NCBI GenBank assembly: GCA_964106645.2
Contig: OZ067048.1
Origin: Podarcis pityusensis
Taxonomy: Eukaryota
Length of the DNA: 64,000 nucleotides
Direction: 5' to 3' (one strand)
In this document: positions 24,481-38,748 of the stretch, one piece after another
Layout of the letters: each line of letters starts with the position of its first letter
Position numbering within the stretch: the first letter of the stretch is position 1
Translations under genes and position numbers: made by a program
Notes under the pieces: generated by a model
Database searches by the model: none
What the model was told of the DNA's origin: nothing
Seen by the model: the letters and a program-made list of their open reading frames with translations, nothing else

Positions 24481-26364
24481 ATTATTTCTTCCCTATTCGG
24501 ATCCGGATTGTTTGTGTGTGTGTCCAGGGCAGGTTGGGAGGAGGAGGAGGAGGGAGAGAAGGCTGGTACCCCCTCCCTCTCCTCCGAGCATCCCCCTCCC
24601 CACCAGACAAACAGACACACTTTCGCAACCACTACACTTGCTTCCTTTAGAGATGCGTAATGTTGCTATTACTCTTACTCTTACATTGAATGGTGTCTAT
24701 TCCTGGGTTGGGGGCTCTCTCCTTTCTTGGCTTGGAGCTGGTGGGGGCAGACAGAGAGAGGGAGAGAGAGACCCTTCTTTCAGTCTCCCTTTCCTCTCTT
24801 CATTATTTCGCCCCATTAGAAAGATGGGGGGGGGGAGAGAAAGCACAACAGTTCACGTTAGATCCTTCCCCCACCACAACCCTGGCCTCAAAGCTGAAAG
24901 AGACGTGTGTTGTGTGTAAGTTTGTTTGTTTGTTTTAAAATCATAATAATATATATTTTTAAAAACAAATTGGAGGGCCAATGGTGTTTAAATTGCTCTG
25001 TTTGTGTGGCTGCTTCCTTGCACCTTCGCTCTCTGCTAGGCGATCCCACCTAGCCAAATCCGGCCTTGTTTGGACTCCCTCGTGCTTTCAAAGGAAGTTT
25101 GTGAACGATCACTGCTTTTACAGTTCTGTCATTTCCCACCCCGTGTGCATGCTGCTTGTTTTATTTCTCCATCAGACGCCATCGTCGCTTTATACTGCAT
25201 CCCAATAATACTGGTTCTTATTAGTCTTATTATTTTTAAGCATAGCTTGCCTTTGGAATGTGGTGCTTATTTGAAAAGGAATACCTCCAGTGTTATGATG
25301 GTACTTTCTTTCTGTGTGTTTGTGTGTGTGTGTTAATTCCGAGAGAGAGATCTATATTTATATGAATGAAAGGAATAGTTATTATATGTATTTGTATGTG
25401 GGGAGGGTGTACGTGTGTGCTTGTGTATATATAGTAAGAGCGATTTACTGCGGCGGTGTTTTTGGTCTCCACACACATACTTGTATAGATATATACACAC
25501 ACACACTATTTAGCTGTTTGATGCTGAAAATTCAGCCTCGTGACCCTATTTAAAGAGGTCCTTAGGAGTCAAATGAGCCAAACACTTTCGGCAATGGAAA
25601 TGGCTTGAAAATAATAGAAAAAATAAAAAATAAAGCACATCTCTCCCGGGTGCCACAAGGAAAGAATGGAAATCCTTTTAAAACGGGCCACTGATGACTT
25701 CATTTAGGAGTTTCGGAGAGCTGTTGTCAGGATAGGGGTCTCGGGGAAAAATGTATATATCGAGAGCGAGGGGGAGCACAGGGATATATATGTATAGCAG
25801 CTAACAGCCCTCTCACAGCCTTTGAACTGTGTTTGCATTTAATTGAAACACAGAACTGCCAGGTTTGGAAGTATAATTTGCAGAGGGAGGAGGGAGGAAA
25901 GGGGGATTCTGACAGCTCGATGGGAATATTAGAATTTTTTTCCCCATCAAAAGTATGATTAACAACAGGAAACCCTGAAGAAAATAACTCTTCCTGTGAA
26001 ACAGAAAATATTAATTTTCTGCGCCTAAGAAATAACTCTCAGTTGTCCTCTCTTTGCTCTAAGTTACCTTTGTTTACATGCCAGGAGTGTGAATTGCTGA
26101 CCCAGATTAAGCAGACCCGGACACACACGCGCACACACACACAAACTTTGCTCAGCTTCGGAAACTCCAAGCATGCTGGCGTTTGGGGCTCGGGTGGTTA
26201 ATGAATTCCGTGAGTTTGTGTGCCCGGCGCGTCTCTTTTTGCACAGTTGCAAACGTGTGTTTTCACTGGCCAGATCGTGGGCATATATTTCCCACCCTCC
26301 TTTAATTTTCATTTTCATGCATCTGCAACCACGCAGAGAATTATTCGCCCTTCTCCCCACACTC

Positions 26365-26377
26365 ATGTTCGGCTTCC
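26365..26377 (+). CDS. NR2F1: Putative coding part of an intron-1 alternative first exon of NR2F1 (MFGF+P), giving a DBD-less isoform
   Basis: ATG TTC GGC TTC C|GTAAAT. The phase-1 donor matches exon 2 (C+CG=Pro, then VQRGR). Resembles, from memory, a mammalian short NR2F1 isoform starting MFGYSVQRGR. Confidence 0.6.
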
Positions 26378-27180
26378 GTAAATCGAAATCTTCATTTTGA
26401 CCTCCTTTTTAATAACAACAACAGCAGTCAAACCTTTCCTCCCCCCCCCTCCCCCCGTCCTCCTCCAGCCAGGGAGAAAGAACTCTGCTGCAAACAGGAG
26501 AGAAGCTTCCTCAGCTGAACCTGGGAACTGTTTAGGGAGAAGGCGCTTTAGGGGGTAGCTCTCCCACCCCTCACCTCACCTCACCCCACCCCACCCCCAC
26601 TCCAAGCACTTTTGCAAGCCTATTTGCTGAGTGGGACTCCGGACTGGCAAATAAAGCGGGGAGCCTGCGCGGGATGGCCTTTCCGGATTCCCAATCCTCG
26701 GAGCGCTAAATCGGCCGAGAGGTGACCAAGGATGGCTACCTGGCTATCAGGCAAGGCTAGGAGGGAGCAACTTGGAGGTGGGCCCTGACTTTGGAGAGTT
26801 CTTTCAGGGACTGCCTCATCATCATCATCATCATCATCATCACTATTTTCATCATTCCTCTTATTATTACTATTACTACAAAGAGAATGGCAGTCTTGTA
26901 AGGCAGTATACATGTCCCCATTTGCACAACAATGCAAGCTGAGGTGGGGGGGGACAGGCTTGCATTGTGCGTGTTTGCCACCCTCCCGGCCGGATTTGTG
27001 CGTGTCTGTGTGAGAGAAAGAGCCGACGCCTGTGTGTGTGTCTGTGCGCCTGTGTGCGCGCGTTGCTGTGGGAAGAAGGCTCCGCTTTGTTGCGCGGCGG
27101 CGGCTAGCGGGCTGGGTTTCGCCAAGGCTGCTGGATGCACATTTCCTCTCCTTTTCTCTCTCTCTCCCTCTTTTCGTCAG

Positions 27181-27881
<701 letters not shown>

Positions 27882-30800
27882 TGAGGCCAAACCTGCCAGC
27901 CTGCTGCAGAAGGTTTGTGCAGTAGACGCACCAGAGCCTCATCCAAATTCACTTTGCGTTGGGAAAACGAATCCCTGCCCTCCCCGCAGCACGGCTGCAG
28001 CTTCCTCCTGCGCTCCCAGTCGTCTTAAGCATTCGTTGGATTGTTCCCCTTAGGCAGGCGGGTGGCTTTGGCAGCTTCCAGTAGGCCTTGGGTGAAATCG
28101 ACTAACTCGAAGGTGTAGCGTTGTGTTCATTGTAGAAGGTGGTATTCGGCCTCAGGTGGGGGAGAGGGGGGTGCGGTAGGAGCATAAATTCCCCCCACCC
28201 TTTCCTCGTGCGTTTGTGTGTTTATTTGTTTGTGGAAGGGAAGAGAGAGTGGTTAGGCCTCGCTGAAAGGGCTTCTCGCCAGATCTTCTTCCAATAAGGC
28301 AGGCAGGAGCACAAATAAATCATAAATAATACTGCTTTATTGCTGCCTGATCCCCCCACCCCCACCCTTATCGGAAGCCATTCATATTTGCAGTTGCTGT
28401 GGTTAGTGACGCTCGTAAAAATGGATTCGAGCGCCAGAAAAGGACTTACTTCCCTCCTTCAAAATAAAGGAAATAAGACCCAGCCTCAGGCTTTAGAGTA
28501 CCAACCTGCAGATGCATTTCCTCCCTCCCTTCTTTTTCTTCTTTTTTTTAAACAATGCAAAACCACGCAAACACTGGGAAATGTAACAGATTGCCTGCAA
28601 AAATATCAAATTAAGGGTAGGCGGGGGTAACGTGCATGTTAGCAATTTTGCTTATGATAGATGGTTCAAATTAACTTTGCAGGAGAGTGCATTAACGTCG
28701 CCTTTGAAGTGCTCCGGTTGGAGCCTATAAGAATACAAGACATCCTTTATTATTGTAACCTGTGGGAGAGACATATATACACATCAACCTGCAAGGAATA
28801 AGGAACAAAGACAAGGGGGAACTTGGCGGAGCCGTTTGGGACGGGGGGGAGCGTTGTGTTTGCGAGGGTGGAGGGGTGCGGCGCTAGTCTGTTCACCGAG
28901 CACTTTTTGCAAAACTTTTCTCATATATATATATGGATATATATATATATCCTTCAGGTTCTTATACCATTAAATCCGCCACCCCCCCTAACCCCGTTTC
29001 AAACTGGCCCGAAAAGATATACAAAGCTTTTTGGAAAACAAAGCTGTTTCCGAGGGTCTGGCTGGAGGGGAGAAACCCATCAATATTTGTTGCCTTTCAT
29101 GCACGAGAAATAGTATTTACATTGTAGTCAAATGACTCTTAAATTTGCACAATATTGTAATGTAGCAAATGTAGTATTAATATCGATTTGAACATCGGAT
29201 TATTTATTTAGACAGGGGGATCTCATTGGTATGCGTGGTGCTGGTAGACATGGACTGTGACTGCCCCCCCTTGTTCTTCAGGCTGCAAATGCAGGCCAGA
29301 GCGAGGGTGGGAAAAGGCCGGGCTCTTTTTTCGCAGAGAATCAAGTACAGGTCTTAAAACAAGTGGGGGAGATTTACTGAACAGCCGCAGAGACGTTGGG
29401 GTGCGTTTTATCTTCAGGAGCCTGGCCTGACGGAAACGTGTTTTTCAGAACTGACAAAAAGAGACCCTGGTGGCATTTTTCAGGGTGATTTAACTGGAGG
29501 GTCCTCCCGCAGCCCCTCGTGCTTTTTTATTAACTCGTTTATTCATTGGGGGGGGCGGTTAGATCTAAACTGGGCGGGAATAGCCCGGCCATTTGGAAAA
29601 TGCAGCTTTTAGGCCGCAGCGTTAAAGAAAGAAGGCGGCCTGCTTTATTGACTTCACCGCCAAAAGCCCTTGCCTAAAAGGTTTGACCCCCCTCCGCCCC
29701 CTCGAAAGGCGCTTTCTTCCTCTTTTCTCAAATCCAGGATGGCTTAGTGCTAGCTGCATCTGCTATATTTATGTGTGTCCATATATTTTGATGGTACACA
29801 ATGCAACATTATTTTTTTAATCGAGGCAGTGCAAATTGGCGACATCCCAATATAAGCTGAAATAATAATAGCATTTTCTAGCACTCGGATGGGGTAGAAG
29901 CCCCAATGGCGGAGACACAGAATTCCCACTCTAGTTATGTCCTGTCTTTCTCCTCCTCCTCCTCCTCCTCCTCCTCCTCTCTCAAACGCCGCCACTTCTA
30001 CCCCCTACACCCATTTCCACTTGGGCCTGATCTTGTTTTGATTGCTAGCCAGAAGGTAATTGATGGCCCGGCTTTCGCCCAGTCCTCCAACTTTTTAAGG
30101 AAACTTTGATGGATGGAAAAGACATTTTTAGCCACCTGGTCCCAGGGGCTTTAACTCAACAACCTGATCCCAAACGTAAAATGCTTCCAGATCACTGGTG
30201 TTTAAGATCAGCAGGGGTCACTGGCTTGGAAGTTATTCTAGTTTCTTGCTTGCCTCTTCTTCTTCTTCCTCCACCACCTCCTGCCCATTTGGGTTCCGGA
30301 TATTATTTTCCATCCACAAAAGTTTGGAGCCTGTCCCAGGAAGGGGCATTGTGTTGAAAGTAGCGCTGGTTGATTTGCTGTTTTCCCACACAGAGAGATA
30401 TGCAAACTCCATTAAAGAATTGCCTTTCTAATTCTGACACCACCCCGCACTTCGATATATAAAATCTTCCACGGAGGGGCCAGGTTAGATAAGATCAGCT
30501 CAATAAATCTATCTCCTGCGCCATAAGAACTTTGATTTCTCGTTATATGCGAGCTGATTACGTCTATATTTTCTGAGCACTAAACTCTCCTGGATGCGTT
30601 ACATGAAATACATTCCCTGTACTACAAAGGCCCAGGTTGGCGTGTGCTGAACAGTAATGATTATTTATTTACATCATTTCTTCGCCATAGACTGGAGGAA
30701 GAAATATTGAGAAATAATGACTGCAGGAAGAAATATGATCATCTTAAAAAGTGGGACACGCACAATTTCCACCCAAACCCACCCTTCTCCCGTCCCAGCC

Positions 30801-33273
30801 CGCCCCCTTCATCCTTGCTGAGATGTAATTCACAGAAGGTGAATATGCATCGCTTTCCCTTCTTTGGTCTATTTCATCTTAACTCAATCAGCTAATCGAT
30901 CAGATAGCATAGATTGTTTAATTAATTTTCAGATCCTCTTGCTTCGCGGTGGAGATTGAAAGCATCCCCCGATCCTAGCGCTATTTGTTTGAAATGTAGA
31001 GGGGGGAGATGAGTCCCTCTGAGCTGGCTGGTGTTTCGAGTAAGGGGGTGCGGAATAAAATCCAAGCGTGCCTCTCATATATACCTGAGAGGACCTTTCT
31101 TTCTTTTTTTATAATAAAAAATGAGAGACAGGCTGAAGAAGCTATCTGATAGAAGATGCACTGGAAATACGACAGGAGAATCTCCGTTCTATCTGGTCTG
31201 TGCCTTTTCTCAAAGATCCGGTGGTGGTCTTTGCGCCGGAGGTGAAAGACGGGATAAATATTTCACCCCCTCCCTAAGGAATGGGACCTCCCAGATAAAT
31301 GTGAGGAAGAGGCAATCAGGCCCTGAAGTCCTGCCGTGTTTAAAAGTTGGGTAGAAACCTTTCGCGTGAGTGGACGAGTAGCAATACAAGGCAAATAGCA
31401 AAGGAGAAGTTAGCTGGTGATCTCTAGCAATCCCCGTCCGAGGAGGCCAGGGACTCTCTCGGCTATGGACCACGAAGAAGGGCAGTCCTCCGCTGTTGGG
31501 TGTGTGTGGGTTGCAAGCTGGCTCCCTCCTCGCCCACCCGTTAGATGTTGCAAATGATCACTGCATTTAAGGCAAAAGTAGAAATTAGCACAACAGTCAG
31601 GCGTAGGTAATTGCGGATCTAAGCGCTCCTTAGGCCGTGGCTAGGGTCATGGGGGTCTTTTCCTCAGAAGAGCCAGAATTACAGCTTGGTTGCTCTCTGT
31701 TTTCGCTGGAGGCCAGAGGCCTGGAGATGAAGATGTTTGACATGCTTTTTTTAAAAGCCACTTTTGGAAACTAGGGAGAGGGATACCCCACCCCGCAAGT
31801 TCAACAGCAGCAACAACAACAACGAAATCCACTTGCCACAGTTTCCCCTTTTTAATGGATTGCTATGAGGAATAAATCTGGAGCGCCTTTGCAGGGTCAT
31901 CCTTATTTTACATGGGCAATTTCGTGAATTCCTTTTGGGGGCCATTACTCTGCGATTAATTCTTATATAGATTTCTATATTAGCAGAGGCCGCCTTTGAT
32001 CTGCGCTAAACCGTCCTGCTAGCTGACGGCCGCCTTGTGATCCGGGTGTTTTGAAATATTTATTATTAATATAAGAAAAACAGGCCGGGGGTGGGAGGAG
32101 GAGGAGGCGGCCTGCGGATGCTTGAGCTCAAAGAACCCACCGCCTCGGTGGGTGGGGGGCTTCCTCTGTCCCTCCCCCAAAATACTATGTGGTGTCTGTA
32201 TGTGCGTTTAGGCAGTGGAGAAGGGGTCTGAATAGTCCTTAACACTTTCTGCTAGGACTTCTAAGACAGAAGGAGAAATATCTGGCGAGGGAGTTGGGTG
32301 TCCTTCCTCTTACTGCGCCTTTTGCTGGCTGTGCCAGATGCCCGGGATCTCGGGGTCCTGGGCGCCAGAGCTGGGCCTCCTGCCTTGCTCTCTGGCGAGC
32401 TTGATCGAGCCTTAGCGGCAACTGCAGCGAGGCAGCCGGCGCAGCAGCTTTGTGCGTGCGAGCGAGGGCGAGAGCAGCTGCAGACAGACGGCTGCTTAGC
32501 GCGCAGGGTTGGGGTGCGGGAGGGGGGCAGCTTGGCGGGGCTGGAAGAGGCAGCCCGGACCGAGCCGTCTTCCCGGCGATGATTATATAGCTTACAGAGA
32601 TGTGACCAATTTTCAATTACTCGATCCGAGAGATCCCCAGACAAAGCAGGGCCTCCCCTTCTCCTTCTCCCTCTCCCCCCCCCCCCACGATCGGAAATGG
32701 AAGCGCGGCCGCCTTTCGTGCGAGCGACTCCAAATCCTCGCCTGGCTTTCTCGCACGCGCGCTCCTGGCCCGGTTTCTTGCACCCCGAAGCCCTTTTCTT
32801 TTAGCTGAGGACGAGGCTGCGTGTGCTTGTCTTGGGCGGGATGGGGGTGGGGAGGTTGGAGGGAGGAGAGAGAGAGAGAGGGGGGGGGGGAGAAAGTACT
32901 TGGGAGAAACGGAATCCCTCCCGGCTGGCTGTATCTGTGTGTCTGTCTGTCTTGGGAGATGGTATATGTCAATGGGATGTAACAATAGGATTCAGCAGCC
33001 GAGGCCTCCGTCCTTTCCTGGCTGATGGGGGGGGGGGCAGGTTGCTGGCTGGCTGGGGAAAGATGGCTCCGGCTCCCCTCCCGGCTGCCTTTCCGCGTCT
33101 TCCATTATTTATTTGCAAGGTGGAGGAAGCTGCACAAAGAGAGGGGGGCGGAGGGGGCGTCCGGGGTCGCGGAGGCCGGGTTGCTGCTGCTCCTGCTGCC
33201 TGGTTATTGCTGCTGCTGCGCTTTTTGGGGGGGGAGTGGGGAGAGTTGTGGGCCTTGGTACCTCCCTGGCTAA

Positions 33274-33624
<351 letters not shown>

Positions 33625-34600
33625 AGCACCTCCTGGGCTCCCCCGCTTAGAGACCCTGAGAGGAGGAGGAGGAGGAGGAGGAGGAGGAGGAGGAAGGCCT
33701 CCAGCCCAGCCAGAGACCGGCCCAGACAACCACCACCTTGGGGGCGCACGCAGCCGGGTGGGGGGATCCGAGGAGAGAGAGAGGCAGAAAGAAAGGGGGG
33801 AGGACCGAGAGAGAGATAGGAGCAGACCCCTCAGACACTGCACGAAAGACTCGCTTAGGATCAGACCCCGGCTGAGAGAGGCGGTGATGATGATGATGAT
33901 GATGATGAAGGCGAAATGGACACCTAGTATTTTGTGGAACAAACCATTGACACTGAGATGGGAAACTTTAAACAAAAACCATTTTTAAAAAAGGACCGAA
34001 GAGATTAAAACAAAAACTCCCCCCTAAAAAAAGAAGACTAGAACGGATTTCCCTGGATTTATGATGGATGGACTGAGGTGGATCTATCGTCTGTACAGCA
34101 AAACAAAACACACAGTTTAAGAGACAGAACAAACAAAAACCTGGAGCCGAATTGAACTGGTGGACGGGGTGAGGGAAAGAGGGAGGGGGACCCAAAGGCG
34201 AAACACTTTCCACGAACATTGTTCTTCATTTTGTAAGATATTAGTCTTTATTTTCACTTTTTTTGTAAAATTTAAAACATCGTATGCGCATAAAGGAGGC
34301 GAGAGGGGAGGGGGAAAAAACACCACAAGAAACAAACAAGAATTAGGGGAGGGGAAAAAATAACATTTTCCAAATAATTATTAAAAAAACAACAAGGAAT
34401 TGTTCTGTGTGTATGTATCTATATCTGTTTTGTATTTCTTTCTGGTTCCAAACCAGGCTTCCTGTGATTCTATACTAATAATTTTTTATATAACCCTTTG
34501 CTTCTTATATTGAGTGCGATATATGTTGTCGAAGCTGTTCTTCAAGAATTAAAATTGAAGTGAGAATTTAAACAAAAATAAAAGAATTTAGAAAAAAATA
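33625..34600 (+). other. NR2F1: NR2F1 3' UTR
   Basis: Follows the TAG. Purine-rich proximal part with (GAG)n and (GAT)n, then an AU-rich distal block resembling the mammalian NR2F1 3' UTR (from memory), ending near AATAAA. Confidence 0.75.
34577..34582 (+). terminator. Polyadenylation signal AATAAA of NR2F1
   Basis: Canonical AATAAA about 950 nt after the stop, at the end of the AU-rich block. Confidence 0.7.
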
Positions 34601-37023
34601 ATTACAAAGGCAACCCAAGCGCAACATCCAACACAGATTCCCACGCCAATCCATGAGTTCTTGTTCCTTGAAGCAGACCTAAAGTTTGGGTTTGCGGGTG
34701 GTGGGTTTCTTTCCCGCCCCGCCAAGGCTTTGTGCCTTATATAAGAGGTCCAAGGTGTGGGGTCTTTGTTCAAAAACAAATAAATACAGTGATACAGTGG
34801 TCATGCTGCTGGTAAGGTGCACACACCTCTCAGTATTCCCAAGCTGCCTGGTTTTAATGCGATTCTGGAGACTGATGCTGACGAAATGGGGGTGGGGGGA
34901 CAGTTAAGAGGAATTCCCTTAGGTTGCAATCCTACTTTCATTTAACTGGGAGGGAGTCCCATTAAACTTCTGCGTGAGCCTACTGGCGTTCTATGAGAAT
35001 AATCCGGAATAGGAAACAGGGCCAGCCCTACCACTAGATAGAGTAAGGAGAGTGACTCAGGCAGCTGATTCTGAGGTGCCTTGAAAGGACAGTGGATAGT
35101 TGTTGTTGTTTTTAATTTATTAGTATTATATTTTTGCTCCCAGCGAGAGGCGTTTGTGCTAGTTGGCTTTTTGTTTTTCTCATTGGGTTTGCACCTTGGA
35201 TTAATTGAGAGGAGATCCATTTGCTGTTCTGCCTGCAATGCCTAATAAAGGTAAGGCGAAGTGAACTATTCTGCCTCGGGTGGCGAAATGTCTTTGGCCT
35301 GTCCTGAAAGTAAATTTCCACTGCTCTGGAGCGCTGTGTTGTCACGTCTGGACTGAAGCTCTTATTTCCCTTCCCCACCCCTTACACTTTGTAAAGGTCT
35401 CTGTGTCAGGTGCGGGCAATTTCCTCCTGGTACAGGTCTTTTCTCCGGGCTGGTGAGTTTCCCCTGAGTTCTAAAGCCACCCTCAGAGAGAGGGAGGTGC
35501 ATATGTCTGGTCGTGTGTACTGATCCAAGGACACGCGTGCGCCCCTATTCCCGTGGGCTCATGGAATCCTAAAGCTGTTAGTCTCCTTCAAATGACTGTA
35601 GGAGCAGCTTTCCAAAAACACCCCCCCACACACACACACACTCACACGCACACATTCCCCCCCAACATACCATTCGTTCTCCGAGTGGAGCCCCTTTTGA
35701 AGGTAAAGATTTTCCCAGAGCTTGGAGCTGGTCGCTGCAGATCTCTGTAACAGCTTTCAGTGCATTAATGTTTTATAGGATCTGAGACGGAGCTGTAAGA
35801 ACACACACTGCCAAGGGAGCTCTTTCTTAGCGTATTAATAAAGCCGGATCTTTAAAAATAACATTCGTGTGTCTTCCCCCCCTCCGCCCCCCGCCTCACA
35901 TTCTCCAGTTTCTCCCTCGCCCTCCAAACACATCCAGGATGAGGCAGGATTTTCAATTGGAGGAGTCACTGGCAGTGTTTTTTCTGTTAATTTGCTGTCT
36001 ACACTCCCCAGATTTTTTTTTTACTTTTTTATTTTGCATTAACAAGATCCTTCAGCCTAACCCGCTTGGGGTTTTTTAATATTCTAGACGCAGTAGATCC
36101 CTGGAGAGAGAGAGAGAGAGAACGCATTTTCTATATGGCGGGCACTTACAGCTGCATAATAACATTGCCAACAGCTACAGTCTATGGACTAGTCAGTTTC
36201 AATAGGCAGGCTGTAAGAATGCACATTTTGGCTCTTAACTAGCCAGGACGAGCTCTGAAAAAACCGATGTAGCTGCCAAAGCCGGAGGTAGCCCTGTTTT
36301 TGCATAGACCGGGTAGGGAAAGGTCACCTCAACGCCCTGAAGACCAGGCAGCCCTTGAAGATTTAGGCCCGGATAGGATTAGGATCTTGCGAAAAGGCCG
36401 CAGAAAGTGTCCTCTTCGCACCAGAAGTAAATCTAAGCGCTGGTATGTCATGCACCCCTGGTGAAACCCGAGTAATGCTTCGTCTTTCCCACCCCACATT
36501 CATTTTCGACCTTCTGGGGAACGATGATATTAAATAATATTTTGTAACACAATAATGCCGGGAGTGGAGAAATCCTTCCAGTTCTAGACAAGGTGTAGAA
36601 AAGGAAGTTGATATTCTGGGCGCATTTTCCTTACTGACGAGCGCAACAAAGCCTGACCGTTTCCTTTGGGAAGGGTGTTCACTGTTCAGATGATGCTTGG
36701 TGGATATTTTCCGTTAGTTTGGCCCAAGGATTTAACACGAATTAGGCTGTATAAAGCGCTAAAGAACTAACTGATGTCGTTGGACCCTACCCTACATATT
36801 ATGATGAATCTGTTAGTCAATCTGAGACTAAAAACCAATCCTTTCTCACATGGCGTTCTCTCCATTAGACATGCCACCCAGTCACGAATCCGTTGCCCTT
36901 CTACAGAAATGGATGCTCTGTTGGGATACACCTTCTTCTAGAGCCTGTTTAAGACCAGAATACTATCTGTCTACTGCTTTGTCATGATTCATCTGCTCCT
37001 CTTTGCTGCAGTTACAAGACCTT

Positions 37024-37024
37024 C

Positions 37025-37059
<35 letters not shown>
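37024..37059. repeat. (AAT)n microsatellite
   Basis: Direct read. Confidence 0.95.
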
Positions 37060-37060
<1 letters not shown>

Positions 37061-37833
37061 TGGCTAGGTCTCTCCCTCTTTCCCTTGTCTCATACGCACA
37101 CTCTCTCACACAAGCATCCTAAGCAAACCTCACTCGCTTTTCGAAAGCGTTAGGCCACAATAAGCATCGCCTTTTGCCTACTCTCAGGGTGGCTGACCTC
37201 CTTTTCTCCCACATCCCAGCTAAGTCTTTTCTAGTCATTCTAATTTTGGGGCTTCCTTGGCGATGGAGCTTGAGAATTGCAGAGTTCCTAATGTACATAA
37301 TAATTGTGAAATAATAATAATAATAAACAACTAGTTCTGCAATGTGGACATGTGGCTGCCTTGAAGTCTTCAGTCGCATTTAACGAGAACAACCCCCCAA
37401 AAGCGGAGGTGCCCTGGTGTGAGACGGATTTAGACCCACCACTGATGTTAATGGGACTGCACATTTGGTCAGGAATGTTCATATATAAGAGTGGAATGTA
37501 GTGGCCTAAAACGATGTACTTGGAAGTGTCTTGTGTGTGGATCATCATCGCTCGCCCGGAAAGGAAAAGGGATCTGGCAAGCCAGTTCCACTCCCATCAT
37601 CTGTGAGGCTTGATTTAAACGTAAGGTGTTTGTGGGTCTTCAGCCCAACTGGGCAGACGACAGAGCCCTGACAGTTTTTTTGACAAGGGAAGAGGGAATA
37701 TGTCTCAGGGCTTCACAGCGCTCTGGTTCACCTGCCAACGAATAACAGATTTGTTCCTTTTATAAGAATCTAGGAGCCACATGTGGATGTCTACCAAATT
37801 AGGTGAGAGAAGAAGGAAGGAAGGAATGAAGAA

Positions 37834-37869
<36 letters not shown>

Positions 37870-38686
37870 TTTGTTGAGTCACGTTTAACGTCATGGAAGG
37901 GAGGGGGAACGGTTAATAATTTTATTTCAAACGCAGCTCTCCATGTAAGGATGCTCTGGCAGAGATCGATAATACCGAGAAAGCATTTTGGTCGAAAGCT
38001 TGAGGTTGTGGGCCATTCTCCTTGGGAAAAGGCAACTTGGGTTAACTCCTTTTCGTTCTAGACATCAATAAGAACATAGATCTGAATGCTTTAATCCGAA
38101 GTCACTCTTTTTGGCATAGATCCCTCTCTTTTAAATGTGCATGCGTGCGTGATGTGCAAGTCAAAGGGTTCGTTTTTTGCAAGCAAAACGTTCTCGGGGA
38201 GAGGGAGAGCTTAATATTTCTTTGAAGTGGTTGCAAAGTGTTGTAGATTCAAGCTGCTTTTAGAACCCTCCGCCAGCCAAAAAATTTTTTAAAAGGCAGA
38301 GGATGGGGGTCGGACAAAAGTTTCCCCCAGGAATTACGGGTGGCGTGAGAGAGAAAAAGAGAGAGAGATCCCTTCCCCGCCTCGTGAATCTTGAGAGAGA
38401 CAGGCAGACAAACAGAGAGAAGACAGACCTACACCAGCTCCTCCCTAGTAATGAGAAGACCTTTTGGAGCTAAAGCTTCGGCCCGAAGCAGATTTGCCTG
38501 AAACTAGTAAGTCTCGCTGATTCGTGGCGTGAGATTGCGGTGTTCCTTCCCCAGAGTGAAGTCTGAGTAAAAGAGAAGGGCCTTCTCTGCTGGTTGGGCT
38601 TCTAGACGAGGTAGGGGAGACTCAATACCTTTGGAGAAATGGATTCTGTCCCTCTTCCACCTCCAGTTTACATAAATGGGTGTAAT

Positions 38687-38746
<60 letters not shown>

Positions 38747-38748
38747 AA
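38687..38748. repeat. (AAAG)n microsatellite
   Basis: Direct read. Confidence 0.95.

Noticed and set aside
23619-24650. 343-aa ORF as a single-exon protein
   Set aside because: Non-ATG start, spans Ns, and after MRRE it runs past the splice donor into low-complexity intron sequence.
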